This document shows, in pieces, positions 10,497 to 19,833 of a DNA stretch of 64,000 nt; the stretch's first letter is position 1; each line of letters opens with the position of its first letter. Below the pieces are notes generated by a model, which worked only from the letters and a program-made list of their open reading frames with translations, did no database searches and was not told the origin of the DNA. Both the position numbers and the translations under genes were made by a program. The stretch spans positions 160,001-224,000 of the forward strand of contig CAVPXI010000004.1 in the NCBI GenBank assembly GCA_963709585.1, in the 5' to 3' direction. Source of the stretch: Candidatus Dormiibacterota bacterium (lineage in GTDB: Bacteria; Chloroflexota; Dormibacteria; Aeolococcales; Aeolococcaceae).

Positions 10497-11449
10497 TGGC
10501 CGCCGCCGCCGCGCTGCCGCCTCCGTCCGCGGACGGGGCAGCGGTGCGGACCCTCGAGCTCACCAAGCATTACGGGGCGGCCGTGGCGCTCTCGGGCCTG
10601 ACCATGGTGGTGCCGCGTGGAGAGGTCTTCGGATTCCTCGGACCGAATGGCAGCGGCAAGACCACAGCGGTGAAGCTGCTCCTCGGACTCAGCCGGCCCA
10701 CGGGCGGGGAGGCATGGGTGCTGGGGCGGCCGGCGGGGGATCGCCAGACCCGGAGCAGGGTGGGGTATCTGCCTGAGCTCTTCCGCTACCAGGGCTGGCT
10801 CAGCGGCGCCGAGGTGCTCGGCCTCCACTGCCGGCTCGCCGGGCTCGCTCGCGCCGAATGGCCCGCTCAGATCTCGAGGGCGCTGTCGACGGTCGGCCTC
10901 AGCGACCACGGCGACGCGAGGGTTGAGACCTTTTCCAAGGGGATGCAGCAGCGTCTCGGCCTTGGCGTGGCGCTGCTCGGGAATCCGGATCTCGTGGTTC
11001 TCGACGAGCCCACCTCGGCGCTCGACCCGGTGGGCCGCGCCGATACCCGCACGATCATCCGGGATCTTCGGGATCGGGGGTGTGCAGTGTTTCTGAACTC
11101 CCATCTGCTCGGCGAGGTCGAGCAGATCTGCGATCGTGCAGCGGTCGTCTCCGACGGCCGCGTCCTGGCGATCGGACGCCTCGACGAGCTCCTCGGCAGC
11201 GGCGGGGTGCGCATGCGGCTCACCGGGTTGACCGACAGCGGGCGGGCTGCGCTCGCGCGCCGCGGCGCGCTCGCCGAGCACGACGGGTGGTTCGTGGTTA
11301 ATGGTGTCGACGCGGATCTCGTCCCCGACCTGGTGGCGGAAGTGGTGGCGAGTGGTGCGCGGGTGTATGCAGTCGAGCCGGTTCGCCAGACGCTCGAGGA
11401 GCGGTTCCTGGCGCTGATCGAGGCCGAGCAGGCGCGATGGCAGCGCTGA
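10493..11449 (+). CDS. ABC transporter ATP-binding protein
   Basis: GPNGSGKTT, FSKGMQQRL, LDEPTSALDP. Confidence 0.93.
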   Translation: MMAAAAALPPPSADGAAVRTLELTKHYGAAVALSGLTMVVPRGEVFGFLGPNGSGKTTAVKLLLGLSRPTGGEAWVLGRPAGDRQTRSRVGYLPELFRYQGWLSGAEVLGLHCRLAGLARAEWPAQISRALSTVGLSDHGDARVETFSKGMQQRLGLGVALLGNPDLVVLDEPTSALDPVGRADTRTIIRDLRDRGCAVFLNSHLLGEVEQICDRAAVVSDGRVLAIGRLDELLGSGGVRMRLTGLTDSGRAALARRGALAEHDGWFVVNGVDADLVPDLVAEVVASGARVYAVEPVRQTLEERFLALIEAEQARWQR

Positions 11450-12294
11450 CCATCGCCCGGCTCACGATCCGCGAAGCCGCGCGGCGGAGGCTGCTGCTCG
11501 CGCTCGCCGTCCTCACGGTCATCGTCATCGGGCTCACCGGCTGGGGGTTTCAGCACCTCACCACCCTCACCAACCCCGACGGGACCCCGATCGCTGCCAG
11601 TGAGCTCCATCTCGCGACGTCGCAGGTGCTGGTGCTCGTCGAGTTCATGTTCAGCGGCGTGCTCGCGCTCAGCGCCGTCGTGGTGGCCTCGCCGGCAATC
11701 TCGGGTGACGTGGAGTCCGGCGTCGCCCTCGCCATGCTGGCTCGCCCGCTCAGCAGGTACCAGGTGGTCCTCGGAAAGTGGCTCGGCCTCGCCGCGCTCA
11801 TCGTCGTGTACGTCGCGGCCACGACGACCCTCGAGCTCGTGGTCGTGGGGCTCACGACGGGATACGTCCCACCTGGGCCTGTCGGCCTGGGCGCGTATCT
11901 GAGCGGCGAGGGGATCGTGGTGATGTCGCTCACTCTGCTGATCAGCACACGGCTCTCCGGCATGACAGCCGGGGTGATCAGCCTGGTGCTCTTCTTCGTC
12001 GCCTGGATCGGCGGCATCGCCGGCGCGATCGGCGACGTGTTCGGCAGCCATGCGATCAAGAACGCCGGCACCATCACGCAACTGCTGCTGCCGACCGACG
12101 CGCTCTGGCGCGGGTCGGTGTACGAGCTCGAGCCTGTGCTGTACCGGGACATTCTCGGAGCGACGACCGAGCGCGCGGGCAATCCGTTCTTCGTCCAGTC
12201 CCCGCCCTCCGCGGTGTTCCTCGGATACGTCATCTTCTGGGTCGCTGCGATCGTGGCCCTGGCGGTGTGGAGCCTTAACCGCAGAGAGGTCTGA
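11437..12294 (+). CDS. ABC-2 type transporter permease
   Basis: Six TM helices, ISGDVESG..LARPLSRYQVVLGKWLG; coupled to the ATPase gene. Confidence 0.88.
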   Translation: MAALTIARLTIREAARRRLLLALAVLTVIVIGLTGWGFQHLTTLTNPDGTPIAASELHLATSQVLVLVEFMFSGVLALSAVVVASPAISGDVESGVALAMLARPLSRYQVVLGKWLGLAALIVVYVAATTTLELVVVGLTTGYVPPGPVGLGAYLSGEGIVVMSLTLLISTRLSGMTAGVISLVLFFVAWIGGIAGAIGDVFGSHAIKNAGTITQLLLPTDALWRGSVYELEPVLYRDILGATTERAGNPFFVQSPPSAVFLGYVIFWVAAIVALAVWSLNRREV

Positions 12295-12337
12295 CCGAGG
12301 TCGGTCGAACCTGAGGGATCGAGTTGGGCCGGTAGCC

Positions 12338-12367
12338 TTGACAGTTCACCGACGCCAGGCGGATAGT
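12338..12367 (+). promoter_or_regulatory. Putative primary-sigma promoter of the secreted protein gene
   Basis: TTGACA (12338-12343) - 18 nt - GATAGT (12362-12367), upstream of a GAGAGGGG RBS and ATG 12417. Confidence 0.55.
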
Positions 12368-12416
12368 GCGTTTGGTCAGTTAAGCACGATCATTGAGTTT
12401 GCAGAGAGGGGGCGTC

Positions 12417-14152
12417 ATGACAGAGAGACAGGCTGGAAGCGAGGCTCGAGGCGTGAGAGGCCGCGCTACGGGCCCGTGGTCGAAGCCGGCGCTCGCGACT
12501 GATCGGAGCCGGGATGACCCTCGCGCTGAGCGCGGTACTCTTCGGCGTCGGCGCGAACGGCCAGGTCGCGGCTTCGACAAAGAGCGGGGCGCTGAAGCCC
12601 TCGACGGTCGGCGAGCTCGACTGCAACGGCTACAGCCCGGCTCAGAAGTCGCTCCGAGCGATGACCTGCACCGACATCAAGGGCATTGCCGGCGTCGACA
12701 ACCAGAACACCTGGGGCGGCAAGTTCTACGACAACGGCCAGTACATCGGTCACGACGAGCCCGACACAACGTTCGTCTCGTCAGAGTCCCGGCTCCGGCA
12801 ACAGCGTCACCTGGACGGAGAAACTTGGCTCCGATCCGACCGCTTTGCCCACAGTCGCGACCCCCGGGAAGGACGTCTCGCACTGGTTCGAGCTGTCGGT
12901 GGCCCCGTGGTTCTCGATGGCCCAGTGCGATCCAAACTCCTATCCGCAAGCACCCTGCACCCCCAACTCGGACGCCAACGCCCCGACGACCACATTCCCA
13001 GGCGGGGGATCGGCGTTCATGGAGATGCAGTTCTACCCGCCGGGCGACGCGCCGTTCATCGACAGCGTGAGCTGTGACAACACCCATTGGTGCGCGGCGC
13101 TCAACATCGACAGCCTCGAGTGCACCAACGGCTTTGCCACGTGCAACCCCAACTGCACCGAGCCGGTGAACTTCGCGTTCATCCAGACCAACGGCGTGCC
13201 GACCGGTCCGCCGAATCCGCAGACCACCAGTCCTGCCAAGTTCATCCCGAATGCGCACACGCTGCTCATGAACCCCGGAGACAAGATCGTGGTTCACATG
13301 GGGGATGCACCGGCGAAAGGCGGCGGAAACGCGTTCAAGGTCACCATCGACGACCTGACCCTGCACAGGAGCGGGTTCATGCAGGCGTCGGCGGCCAACG
13401 GGTTCGCGAACACCTTGATGGCTGATTGCAGTGGCACCCCGTTCAACTTCCAGCCTGAATACTCGACTGCGAAGAAGGGCAACATCACGCCATGGGCCGC
13501 ACTCCAGACGAACATCAGCACCGAGTACGAGATCGGGCATTTCGAGGCATGCACCTCGGTGACCGACCCGATCGGCACCGGTGCGGGCGGATCCGGCGAT
13601 CCTCTCTACAACAATTGCGTCGGGCCGTACAAGTCGACGGCCGACACCGGCAGCCCGGAGGCCGACGCCGCGTGCTGGACCAAGGGAGACACGCACGGAA
13701 CGCTCAACTCAACGCCTGATGAGGTCGCCGGCTGTCTTGCCAACATCTTCCAGAACGGTGATCTCGATTTCGACGGAAGCGCCTACTGGGCCGAATGGCC
13801 GAAGGGAACGAGCGCGTCGACCTATCCCGCGAGCTTCGTGCAGGCCTTTCCGACCACGGGTGGGGCGCAGTACCCGAAGTTCTACTTCCAGACCGACATC
13901 GCCTTGAGCGAGAACACCTGCACGCCGACGACCTTGAGCGGCTGCACGGTACCGCCGTCAGGTCCCGGCAATTTCTATCCGTACTGGAGTCAGACCAAGA
14001 CGGGTGGGCAGTGTGTCCTCGAGTTCGGCAACGTCTCGGCGCTCGTCAACGCCTATGGAAAGGACGCGCAGTACGGGACCAACCAGTTCGCAACGATCGG
14101 CTACCCGGAGTTCGAAGGCCCGCTGCACAAGAACGCGTGCGCCACGAGTTAG
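12417..14152 (+). CDS. Large Cys-rich secreted protein of unknown function (frameshifts near 12470 and 12785)
   Basis: Signal-peptide-like RSRRSRLIGAGMTLALSAVLFGVGA; YIGHDEPDTTFVS continues as PGSGNSVTWTEKL in the next frame; 18 Cys counted. Confidence 0.75.
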
Positions 14153-14183
14153 GACTCGCTGATCGGCGACAGGTCATTCGCCT

Positions 14184-14212
14184 TGCCGGCTGAGCGTCGC
14201 GCTCAGCCGGCA
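14184..14212. terminator. Stem-loop between convergent genes (putative bidirectional terminator)
   Basis: TGCCGGCTGAGCG-TCG-CGCTCAGCCGGCA, perfect 13-bp stem. Confidence 0.6.
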
Positions 14213-14783
14213 GGTTGTGGCTGCGCGGTCGCGCCGGCGCGCTGCCGGGCTCGATAGGTCCGAGCCTTCTCGCGGGAGCCGCACACCCGCATCGAGCACC
14301 AGCAGCTGCGGCCGTTCTTGGAATGGTCATAGAACGCCCACCGGCAGCTGTCGCTCCGGCAGACCTTGAACCGCTCCCACGTGCCCATCAGGGTCGCCTC
14401 GACCAGCGCCGTCGAGATCATCCCGAGGAAGCTGTCGATCCCGCGGCAGTCGACCGCCAGGGTGGCTCCGTGTACCGAGAGGATCGGCCGCAACGGCGCG
14501 TGACCGAGGAGCTTCTCGAAGTTCTCACAGCCACGGCCGGATCGACGTTCTCTCCTGTGTGTCCTTCGAGCAGATCCCGAAGCGCCTCCCGGGTCGCGAT
14601 GAGCCGTTCCAGGTCCCGCTCGGAGACGGTGAGATCGGCCCCGGTCGCGTCATGCAGCCACTGGGCCGCCAGCGGAGCGGTGCGGAGCTCGTCAACCCCG
14701 TCGGGCATCTCGTTGCTGTTGATGAACTTCTGGACGAGCGCGAGCGATCCCGGGGCAGGGTCGCGGGTTCCGGTGGTGGTCAT
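14203..14783 (-). CDS. ABATE/CGNR zinc-finger transcriptional regulator, frameshifted near 14510
   Basis: N-terminal APGSLALVQKFINS; C-terminal WERFKVCRSDSCRWAFYDHSKNGRSCWCSMRVCGSREK. Confidence 0.88.
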
Positions 14784-14810
14784 GTCAGGCGGTGCTCGCG
14801 ATGGTCATCG

Positions 14811-14883
14811 TTACCAGTATACGCATTTGACAAGTGATGAATCGTGCGGTAAGATATCACCAGTAAACCACCTTGAACGGTTA
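14811..14883 (+). promoter_or_regulatory. Near-consensus promoter bracketed by two 27-bp operator-like repeats
   Basis: TTGACA(14827)-17 nt-TAAGAT(14850); repeats TTACCAGTATACGCATTTGACAAGTGA (14811-14837) and TCACCAGTAAACCACCTTGAACGGTTA (14857-14883), 17/27 identical. Confidence 0.7.
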
Positions 14884-14897
14884 CCCTAACGGAGGAC

Positions 14898-15137
14898 ATG
14901 ATCATGAACGGACCGCAACTTATCGAGATGGCTCAGGTGGCTGAGCAGGAGCACATGATGCACGCCGTCATGGCACGCGCCCGCGCCCAGCAGCGTCGGG
15001 AGCTTCGCCGCCAGCTCGGCCCCGGACGCGTCGCCCGCGCCTGGAGCGCCTTCTGGGCCCCTCGCGACGTCGAGCTCGTCTACCGCCGCCGCGCGGGTGA
15101 TGGGCCGGTCGACCTCACCCCCTGCGTCGACTGCTGA
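14898..15137 (+). CDS. Small hypothetical protein (79 aa)
   Basis: GGAGG RBS, strong upstream promoter and a downstream hairpin. Confidence 0.7.
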   Translation: MIMNGPQLIEMAQVAEQEHMMHAVMARARAQQRRELRRQLGPGRVARAWSAFWAPRDVELVYRRRAGDGPVDLTPCVDC

Positions 15138-15156
15138 TCTGAGCCGCCAACTCCAA

Positions 15157-15185
15157 TGCCTCCGGCGGGTCCCGCGCCGGAGGCA
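15157..15185. terminator. Stem-loop between convergent genes
   Basis: TGCCTCCGGCG-N7-CGCCGGAGGCA, 11-bp stem. Confidence 0.55.
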
Positions 15186-15197
15186 GGGGAGCGGCGG

Positions 15198-16016
15198 TCA
15201 GGGGGTGCCGGTGTGGAAGTACGTGGTGCTGCTCACCGGCGCGATGTCGATCCAGAGTGAGGCGTGGAATCCGCCACACAATGTCAGCGGCATGCCCGCC
15301 AGGGAGACGGCGCCATCGCCCTGTGGCGGCGTGATCAGCAGTGTCTGCGTCGACGCGCAAGGGGTGGGACCGTTGGGAACGTCGGAGTTCTCAAACGCGA
15401 CGTACGCATTCTGGCCCGGTTGCAGGGTGACCAAGCGCACCGTCGGAAGCGTGCCATTGTTGTTGTTGAGCAGCGGGCCCCCGGCACTGTGAGTGACACC
15501 GAGCTGGAGCACGCGGCCGCCGATCACTCCCTGGAAGTTCACATAGCCCTTGAGCGTGCATGCCACTCTGCCGCCGTTGCGCAAGGCGATGTCGCCGCCG
15601 AGCGTGCCGGCAGCCCCGTCCTGGTCATGGAGCCGGGCGCTGAGGACGCCCGCGGCGCATGGCTGGATCCCCTCAAGGGATGGCGACGGAGTCGGCGACG
15701 GCGTTGCGGTAGGGAGTATCGATGGAGAGAACGACGGCGCGATCACCGGCGCGGTGGCGGCTGGCGCCGGATGACCGTTGCTCGAAGTGCCGTTGCGCAA
15801 CGCGAGGCTGACGCCCAATGCGCCGCCCACGACAAGGACGACCATCGCTGCGGCGATCGCCGCGCCGATGCGCGGTCCCACGCGAAAACCGAAGCGGCCT
15901 GCGGGCCGCATCGCCGCCGCGAGCACGCGCTCTTCGGCGGCAGGACCGGGAACTCTCGGGTCGACCACTTCGTGCAGTCGCGCGCGCAGCGTGTCTTCGA
16001 TGTGGTCGTCGCTCAT
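15198..16016 (-). CDS. Putative membrane anti-sigma factor with a DUF4232-like extracytoplasmic domain
   Basis: MSDDHIEDTLRARL, TM helix, Pro/Ser/Thr linker, C..L..DGAAG..LRN..CTLKGY..VTLQPGQ..LLITPP; ATGA overlap with the sigma gene. Confidence 0.75.
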   Translation of the reverse strand: MSDDHIEDTLRARLHEVVDPRVPGPAAEERVLAAAMRPAGRFGFRVGPRIGAAIAAAMVVLVVGGALGVSLALRNGTSSNGHPAPAATAPVIAPSFSPSILPTATPSPTPSPSLEGIQPCAAGVLSARLHDQDGAAGTLGGDIALRNGGRVACTLKGYVNFQGVIGGRVLQLGVTHSAGGPLLNNNNGTLPTVRLVTLQPGQNAYVAFENSDVPNGPTPCASTQTLLITPPQGDGAVSLAGMPLTLCGGFHASLWIDIAPVSSTTYFHTGTP

Positions 16017-16567
16017 GAGCGTTCCTCCGATGCGATGAGGGTTGCGGCCAGCGCGGTCAGTCCGCGCCGCACCCGGGATCGGGCGGCCTCCAGGCTGCAA
16101 CCGCTGGTTGCCGCGACCTCGTCGAACGAGAGGTCGAGGTAAAAGCGGAGCACCACCGCGAGCCGGATGTCGTGGGGAAGCCGGCGCAGCGCCCTGGATA
16201 TGTCGACGCTTCCGGCGCTGTCAGCAGCCAGGGCGGCCGCACCGTCAGGCGGATCAGCGAAACGCAGCACCGAAGCCCAACGCGCCCGGCGGGTCTCGCG
16301 GCACTGATTGGCGACGATCGCGAGGAACCAAGGGCGCAGGTCGGTGCCGGGACGCTGGTTCTGACGCCGCCTCCATGCCCGCAGCGCCGCCTCCTGGACA
16401 GCATCCTCGGCGTCGTTCCGCTCGAGGCGCATCGCCGTGGCCAGGCGCAACGCCACGCCGAGCAGGGGTCGCAATTCGGCCTCGAAGGTCATGCTGCGCT
16501 CATCGAGATGTTGATCGATCGTTGCGGTCATCGGGGCCCTGTCATACCGCGCCGCTGCTGGGGTCAC
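16013..16567 (-). CDS. ECF RNA polymerase sigma factor (leaderless GTG 16567; alternative ATG 16531)
   Basis: DAEDAVQEAALRAW, RPWFLAIVANQC, LRFYLDLSFDEVA..AARSRVRRG. Confidence 0.9.
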   Translation of the reverse strand: MTPAAARYDRAPMTATIDQHLDERSMTFEAELRPLLGVALRLATAMRLERNDAEDAVQEAALRAWRRRQNQRPGTDLRPWFLAIVANQCRETRRARWASVLRFADPPDGAAALAADSAGSVDISRALRRLPHDIRLAVVLRFYLDLSFDEVAATSGCSLEAARSRVRRGLTALAATLIASEERS

Positions 16568-16573
16568 ACTCCC

Positions 16574-16604
16574 TATACGGGTTGAGCATCCGAAACCGGC
16601 CGAA
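16574..16604 (-). promoter_or_regulatory. Putative ECF-sigma promoter, copy 1 (autoregulatory)
   Basis: Minus strand TTCGGCC-N17-CCGTATA, followed by 6 nt and an in-frame GTG. Confidence 0.72.
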
Positions 16605-16619
16605 TTCAACTCCGTGCCG

Positions 16620-17817
16620 TCAACCGGCACAGAGGTTGACGTGCTTCGCGGTGAGGATGTTCGCAACCGCGCCCATCAACCGGCCGCGCTCGAGCGTCCC
16701 CGCGTTGACGGCCGCCACCAGTGCCGCCGCGGTTGCCCTCGTGAGCGAAGCCACCTGGGCGGGTGCGGCCGTGTACAGGACCATGTCCGCGCCGGCGCTG
16801 ATCGCCGCAACCACCGCCTTGGGAACCGAATAACCGATATCGGCGAGCGCTCCGGCTGACAGCGAATCGGTGATCACCAGGCCGTTGAACCCGAGCTGAT
16901 CGCGGAGGAGGGAGGTCATCACCACCGAGGAGATGCTCGCCGGAAGGCTCGTCAGACCCGGCACCGACGCGTTGGCGATCATGACCGCAGGGGCGCCAGA
17001 AGCGAATGCGTTCTCGAACGGGCCGAGCCCGGCATGCTGCAGCGCGGGCCACGGCTGCGTGGTCGCGGGCGCCACCTCGGTGGTCCCGGAGGCCTGGCCG
17101 AGCCCGGGGAAGTGCTTGACGACCGGCATCACGCCACCGGCCTCGAGGCCCTGCAGGAAGGCGATGCCGTCTGCAGCCGCAATGCTTGGATTGAGGCTGA
17201 AGGATCGCGTGCCGTCAGGATCTCGGTTGTTCGGGCCCACGCCGTTGTCGAGATCGAGCACCGGCGCCAGGTCCATGGTCACCCCCGCGGCCCGCATGCG
17301 GAACGCGACGGCGGTGACCAGCCGGCGGATCTGTGCGGGCGACATGGTGGCACCCATCTGCCGCGCCGAGGGCAGCGAACCGACGAGATTCGCCATGCGC
17401 TGAACCACTCCCCCTTCCTCATCGGTCATCACCAGCGGTGCGATGCCGCCGGGTGCCGATGCCGTGAGGGTGCGCAGGCTCGAGCCGAGGTTGGCCGGGG
17501 CGGACGATCCGAAGAGAATGACGCCGCCCGCGCCGGCGGCGATCTCCCCACTCACCGACGCCACGTCGCTTTCCTGGACCGGGACCACCAGGGTCTGCTC
17601 CGCGAGCCGGGTCGAGGCTCCAGCTTGCGAGCACGCTCGTGTTCGTGCAGGCGTTCGAAGTCGGCGGCGGCGACGTGGACGGGGTCGCGGTCGGGCCTGC
17701 CGATGTGCTCGGGCGCGTCGATGCGGTCGGGCTCGTGGATGTGCCCGGAAGCGCGCAACCAGCGAGAATCGATGTGGCCGCGGCGATGGCCAGGAGCCTA
17801 GGTGTTGTCGATCGCAC
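16620..17817 (-). CDS. GH3 beta-N-acetylhexosaminidase-like lipoprotein, frameshifted near 17610
   Basis: Lipobox ILAGC, Ser/Thr/Pro linker, DEEGGVVQR, DLAPVLD, KHFPGLG, VITDSL, AGADM. Confidence 0.85.
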
Positions 17818-17823
17818 AGGGGT

Positions 17824-17854
17824 TATACGGGCTGTATCCGGAAAAGGGGCCGAA
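17824..17854 (-). promoter_or_regulatory. Putative ECF-sigma promoter, copy 2
   Basis: Minus strand TTCGGCC-N17-CCGTATA, followed by 6 nt and the GTG start at 17817. Confidence 0.72.
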
Positions 17855-17904
17855 CCACGTTCGCGGCGCAGCCAAGACGACCACCCAACTCACGGAGCCA
17901 GAGC

Positions 17905-18723
17905 ATGAAGTTCGGCGTGGTTCTCCCGGGCGGGACGGCGACCGAGCAACTCGAGCAGGCGGCGGTGGCAGAGGGCTCCGGATGGGATGGAGTGTTCGTA
18001 TGGGAGGCGGCGTACGGCGTCGACGCCTGGACCCTGCTGGCGGCAATGGCCACGCGGACCACGAGGGTGATGCTCGGCACCCTGCTGACACCGCTTCCCT
18101 GGCGGCGTCCGTGGAAGGTCGCCAGCCAGGTCGTGACGCTCGATCAGCTCTCCGCGGGACGCGCGATCCTCACCGTCGGGCTTGGCGCGATCTCGACCGA
18201 CCTGCCGCTCACCGGCGAGGTCATCGATCTACGGGTGCGCGCCGACCACCTGGACGAGGGCATCGACCTCATCCGGACACTCTGGGAGGGCGGAACGAGC
18301 TATCACGGGCGCCACTACCACTACCAGTGCGACCGAACAGACCTCGCGGAGGTCGGACGTCCGGTCCAGGAGCGCATCCCGATCTGGGTCGTCGGCGTGT
18401 GGCCGAGGGCGAAGTCTATGCGGCGCGTCCTGCGCTGCGACGGCGTGGTGCCCCAGATCGAAATCGCCGGACGCGCGGGATCGCCCGAGGATGTCCGCGA
18501 CATGCGCGCCTGGCTGGCCGAGCGCGGCCGTGATGACATCGACGTGGCCATCGACGGCGAAACTCCCACCGGCGACCGCGGTGCCGCGGCAGCGCAGGTG
18601 GTGCCCTGGGCGGACGCCGGCGCTACCTGGTGGCTCGAGACTCGCTGGGAGATGCCGCATCACAGTGACGAGCGGATGCTCGAGATTCGGGAACGTCTGA
18701 CGAGCGGACCGCCTTCCATTTGA
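17905..18723 (+). CDS. LLM-class flavin-dependent oxidoreductase
   Basis: MKFGVVLP, GWDGVFVWE, DAWTLLAAMA, RRPWKVASQVVTLDQLSAGR. Confidence 0.88.
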   Translation: MKFGVVLPGGTATEQLEQAAVAEGSGWDGVFVWEAAYGVDAWTLLAAMATRTTRVMLGTLLTPLPWRRPWKVASQVVTLDQLSAGRAILTVGLGAISTDLPLTGEVIDLRVRADHLDEGIDLIRTLWEGGTSYHGRHYHYQCDRTDLAEVGRPVQERIPIWVVGVWPRAKSMRRVLRCDGVVPQIEIAGRAGSPEDVRDMRAWLAERGRDDIDVAIDGETPTGDRGAAAAQVVPWADAGATWWLETRWEMPHHSDERMLEIRERLTSGPPSI

Positions 18724-18729
18724 GCCGGA

Positions 18730-19716
18730 CTACCCCCAGACTTCGGCGGCGGTCTCGACGATGAGGCGGAGCTTCGCGACCTCCTCATCGTCGGTCAGGA
18801 CGTTCCCTTCGACGGTGGCGGCGAATCCGCACTGCGGCGACAGGCAGAGTTGTTCGAGCGGCACGAACTTCGCGGCAGCCTCGATCCGTCGCTTGAGGTC
18901 GTCCTTCGTCTCCAGGCTGCCGCGTTTGGTCGTCACCAGCCCGAGCACGACGTACTTGTCGTTCGGCACATAGCGGAGCGGCTCGAAGCCGCCGGAGCGA
19001 ACGTCGTCGTACTCGAGAAAGAATCCATCGACGCCGAGCTCACCGAAGAGCGCTTCGGCAACGAAGTCGTAGCCGCCTTCCGCCACCCCTGAGGAGCGAA
19101 AGTTGCCCCGGCACATGTGGGTTGTGATCCGCATGCCCGGTGGCTTTGCGGCGAGGACGCGGTTGATGTTCCTGATGTACAGCTCGTGCTGATGCTCGCG
19201 GTCACCCCCCGAGCGATGCGATCAACTCGCGCTGGCGTGGATCGTTGAGATACGCGAGGCTCGTGTCGTCGAGCTGGAGATATATGCATCCCAGGTCACC
19301 GAGGGGGCGCACCTCCTCGGCGTACGCGGCGGTGAGATCGTTCCAGAATCGATCCATATCCGGGTACACCGACTGGTCGATCGCCGCGCGCCCGCCACGG
19401 TAATGCACCATGCTCGGCGACGGAATCGTGAGCTTTGGCGTAACACCGTCGCTGACGTTGTCTTTCAGGTACCGGAAGTGGTCGGCGAAGATCGTCTCGC
19501 CGAGGCGGATGCGCTGGTTGATGCGCAATGCGGCAGGGGCGAAATCGAGAGTGCCGCCGTCGTTGAAGAACTGCACGTGCAGCTTCTCGTCGGCCTGCGT
19601 GACACCGCGGTGATCGTCCCCGCGGACTTCTGGGCTCGCGCCTGCATCAGCGCCGCGGGACGCAGGAGGCCGCCAACGTGGTCGGCGCGAAAGGGTGGCT
19701 CTGCGCGTCTGCTCAT
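18730..19716 (-). pseudogene. Cobalamin-independent methionine synthase II family (MetE-like single barrel) with an internal deletion and frameshifts
   Basis: PPFRADHVGGLLRP; KLTIPSPSMVH; YLQLDD; THMCRGN; LSPQCGFA. The conserved segment around TDGEFRR is absent at ~19610. Confidence 0.78.
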
Positions 19717-19833
19717 CGCTGTTGCTCGTCGATCCTGATCAGCGCGGTAGCGTACCCGATGCCGCAACCGGTTGCCGGCGCTGTCCTGCGGCAGACCGGT
19801 TCGGGACACGGATTCCCTACGCTTGCGCCGTCG

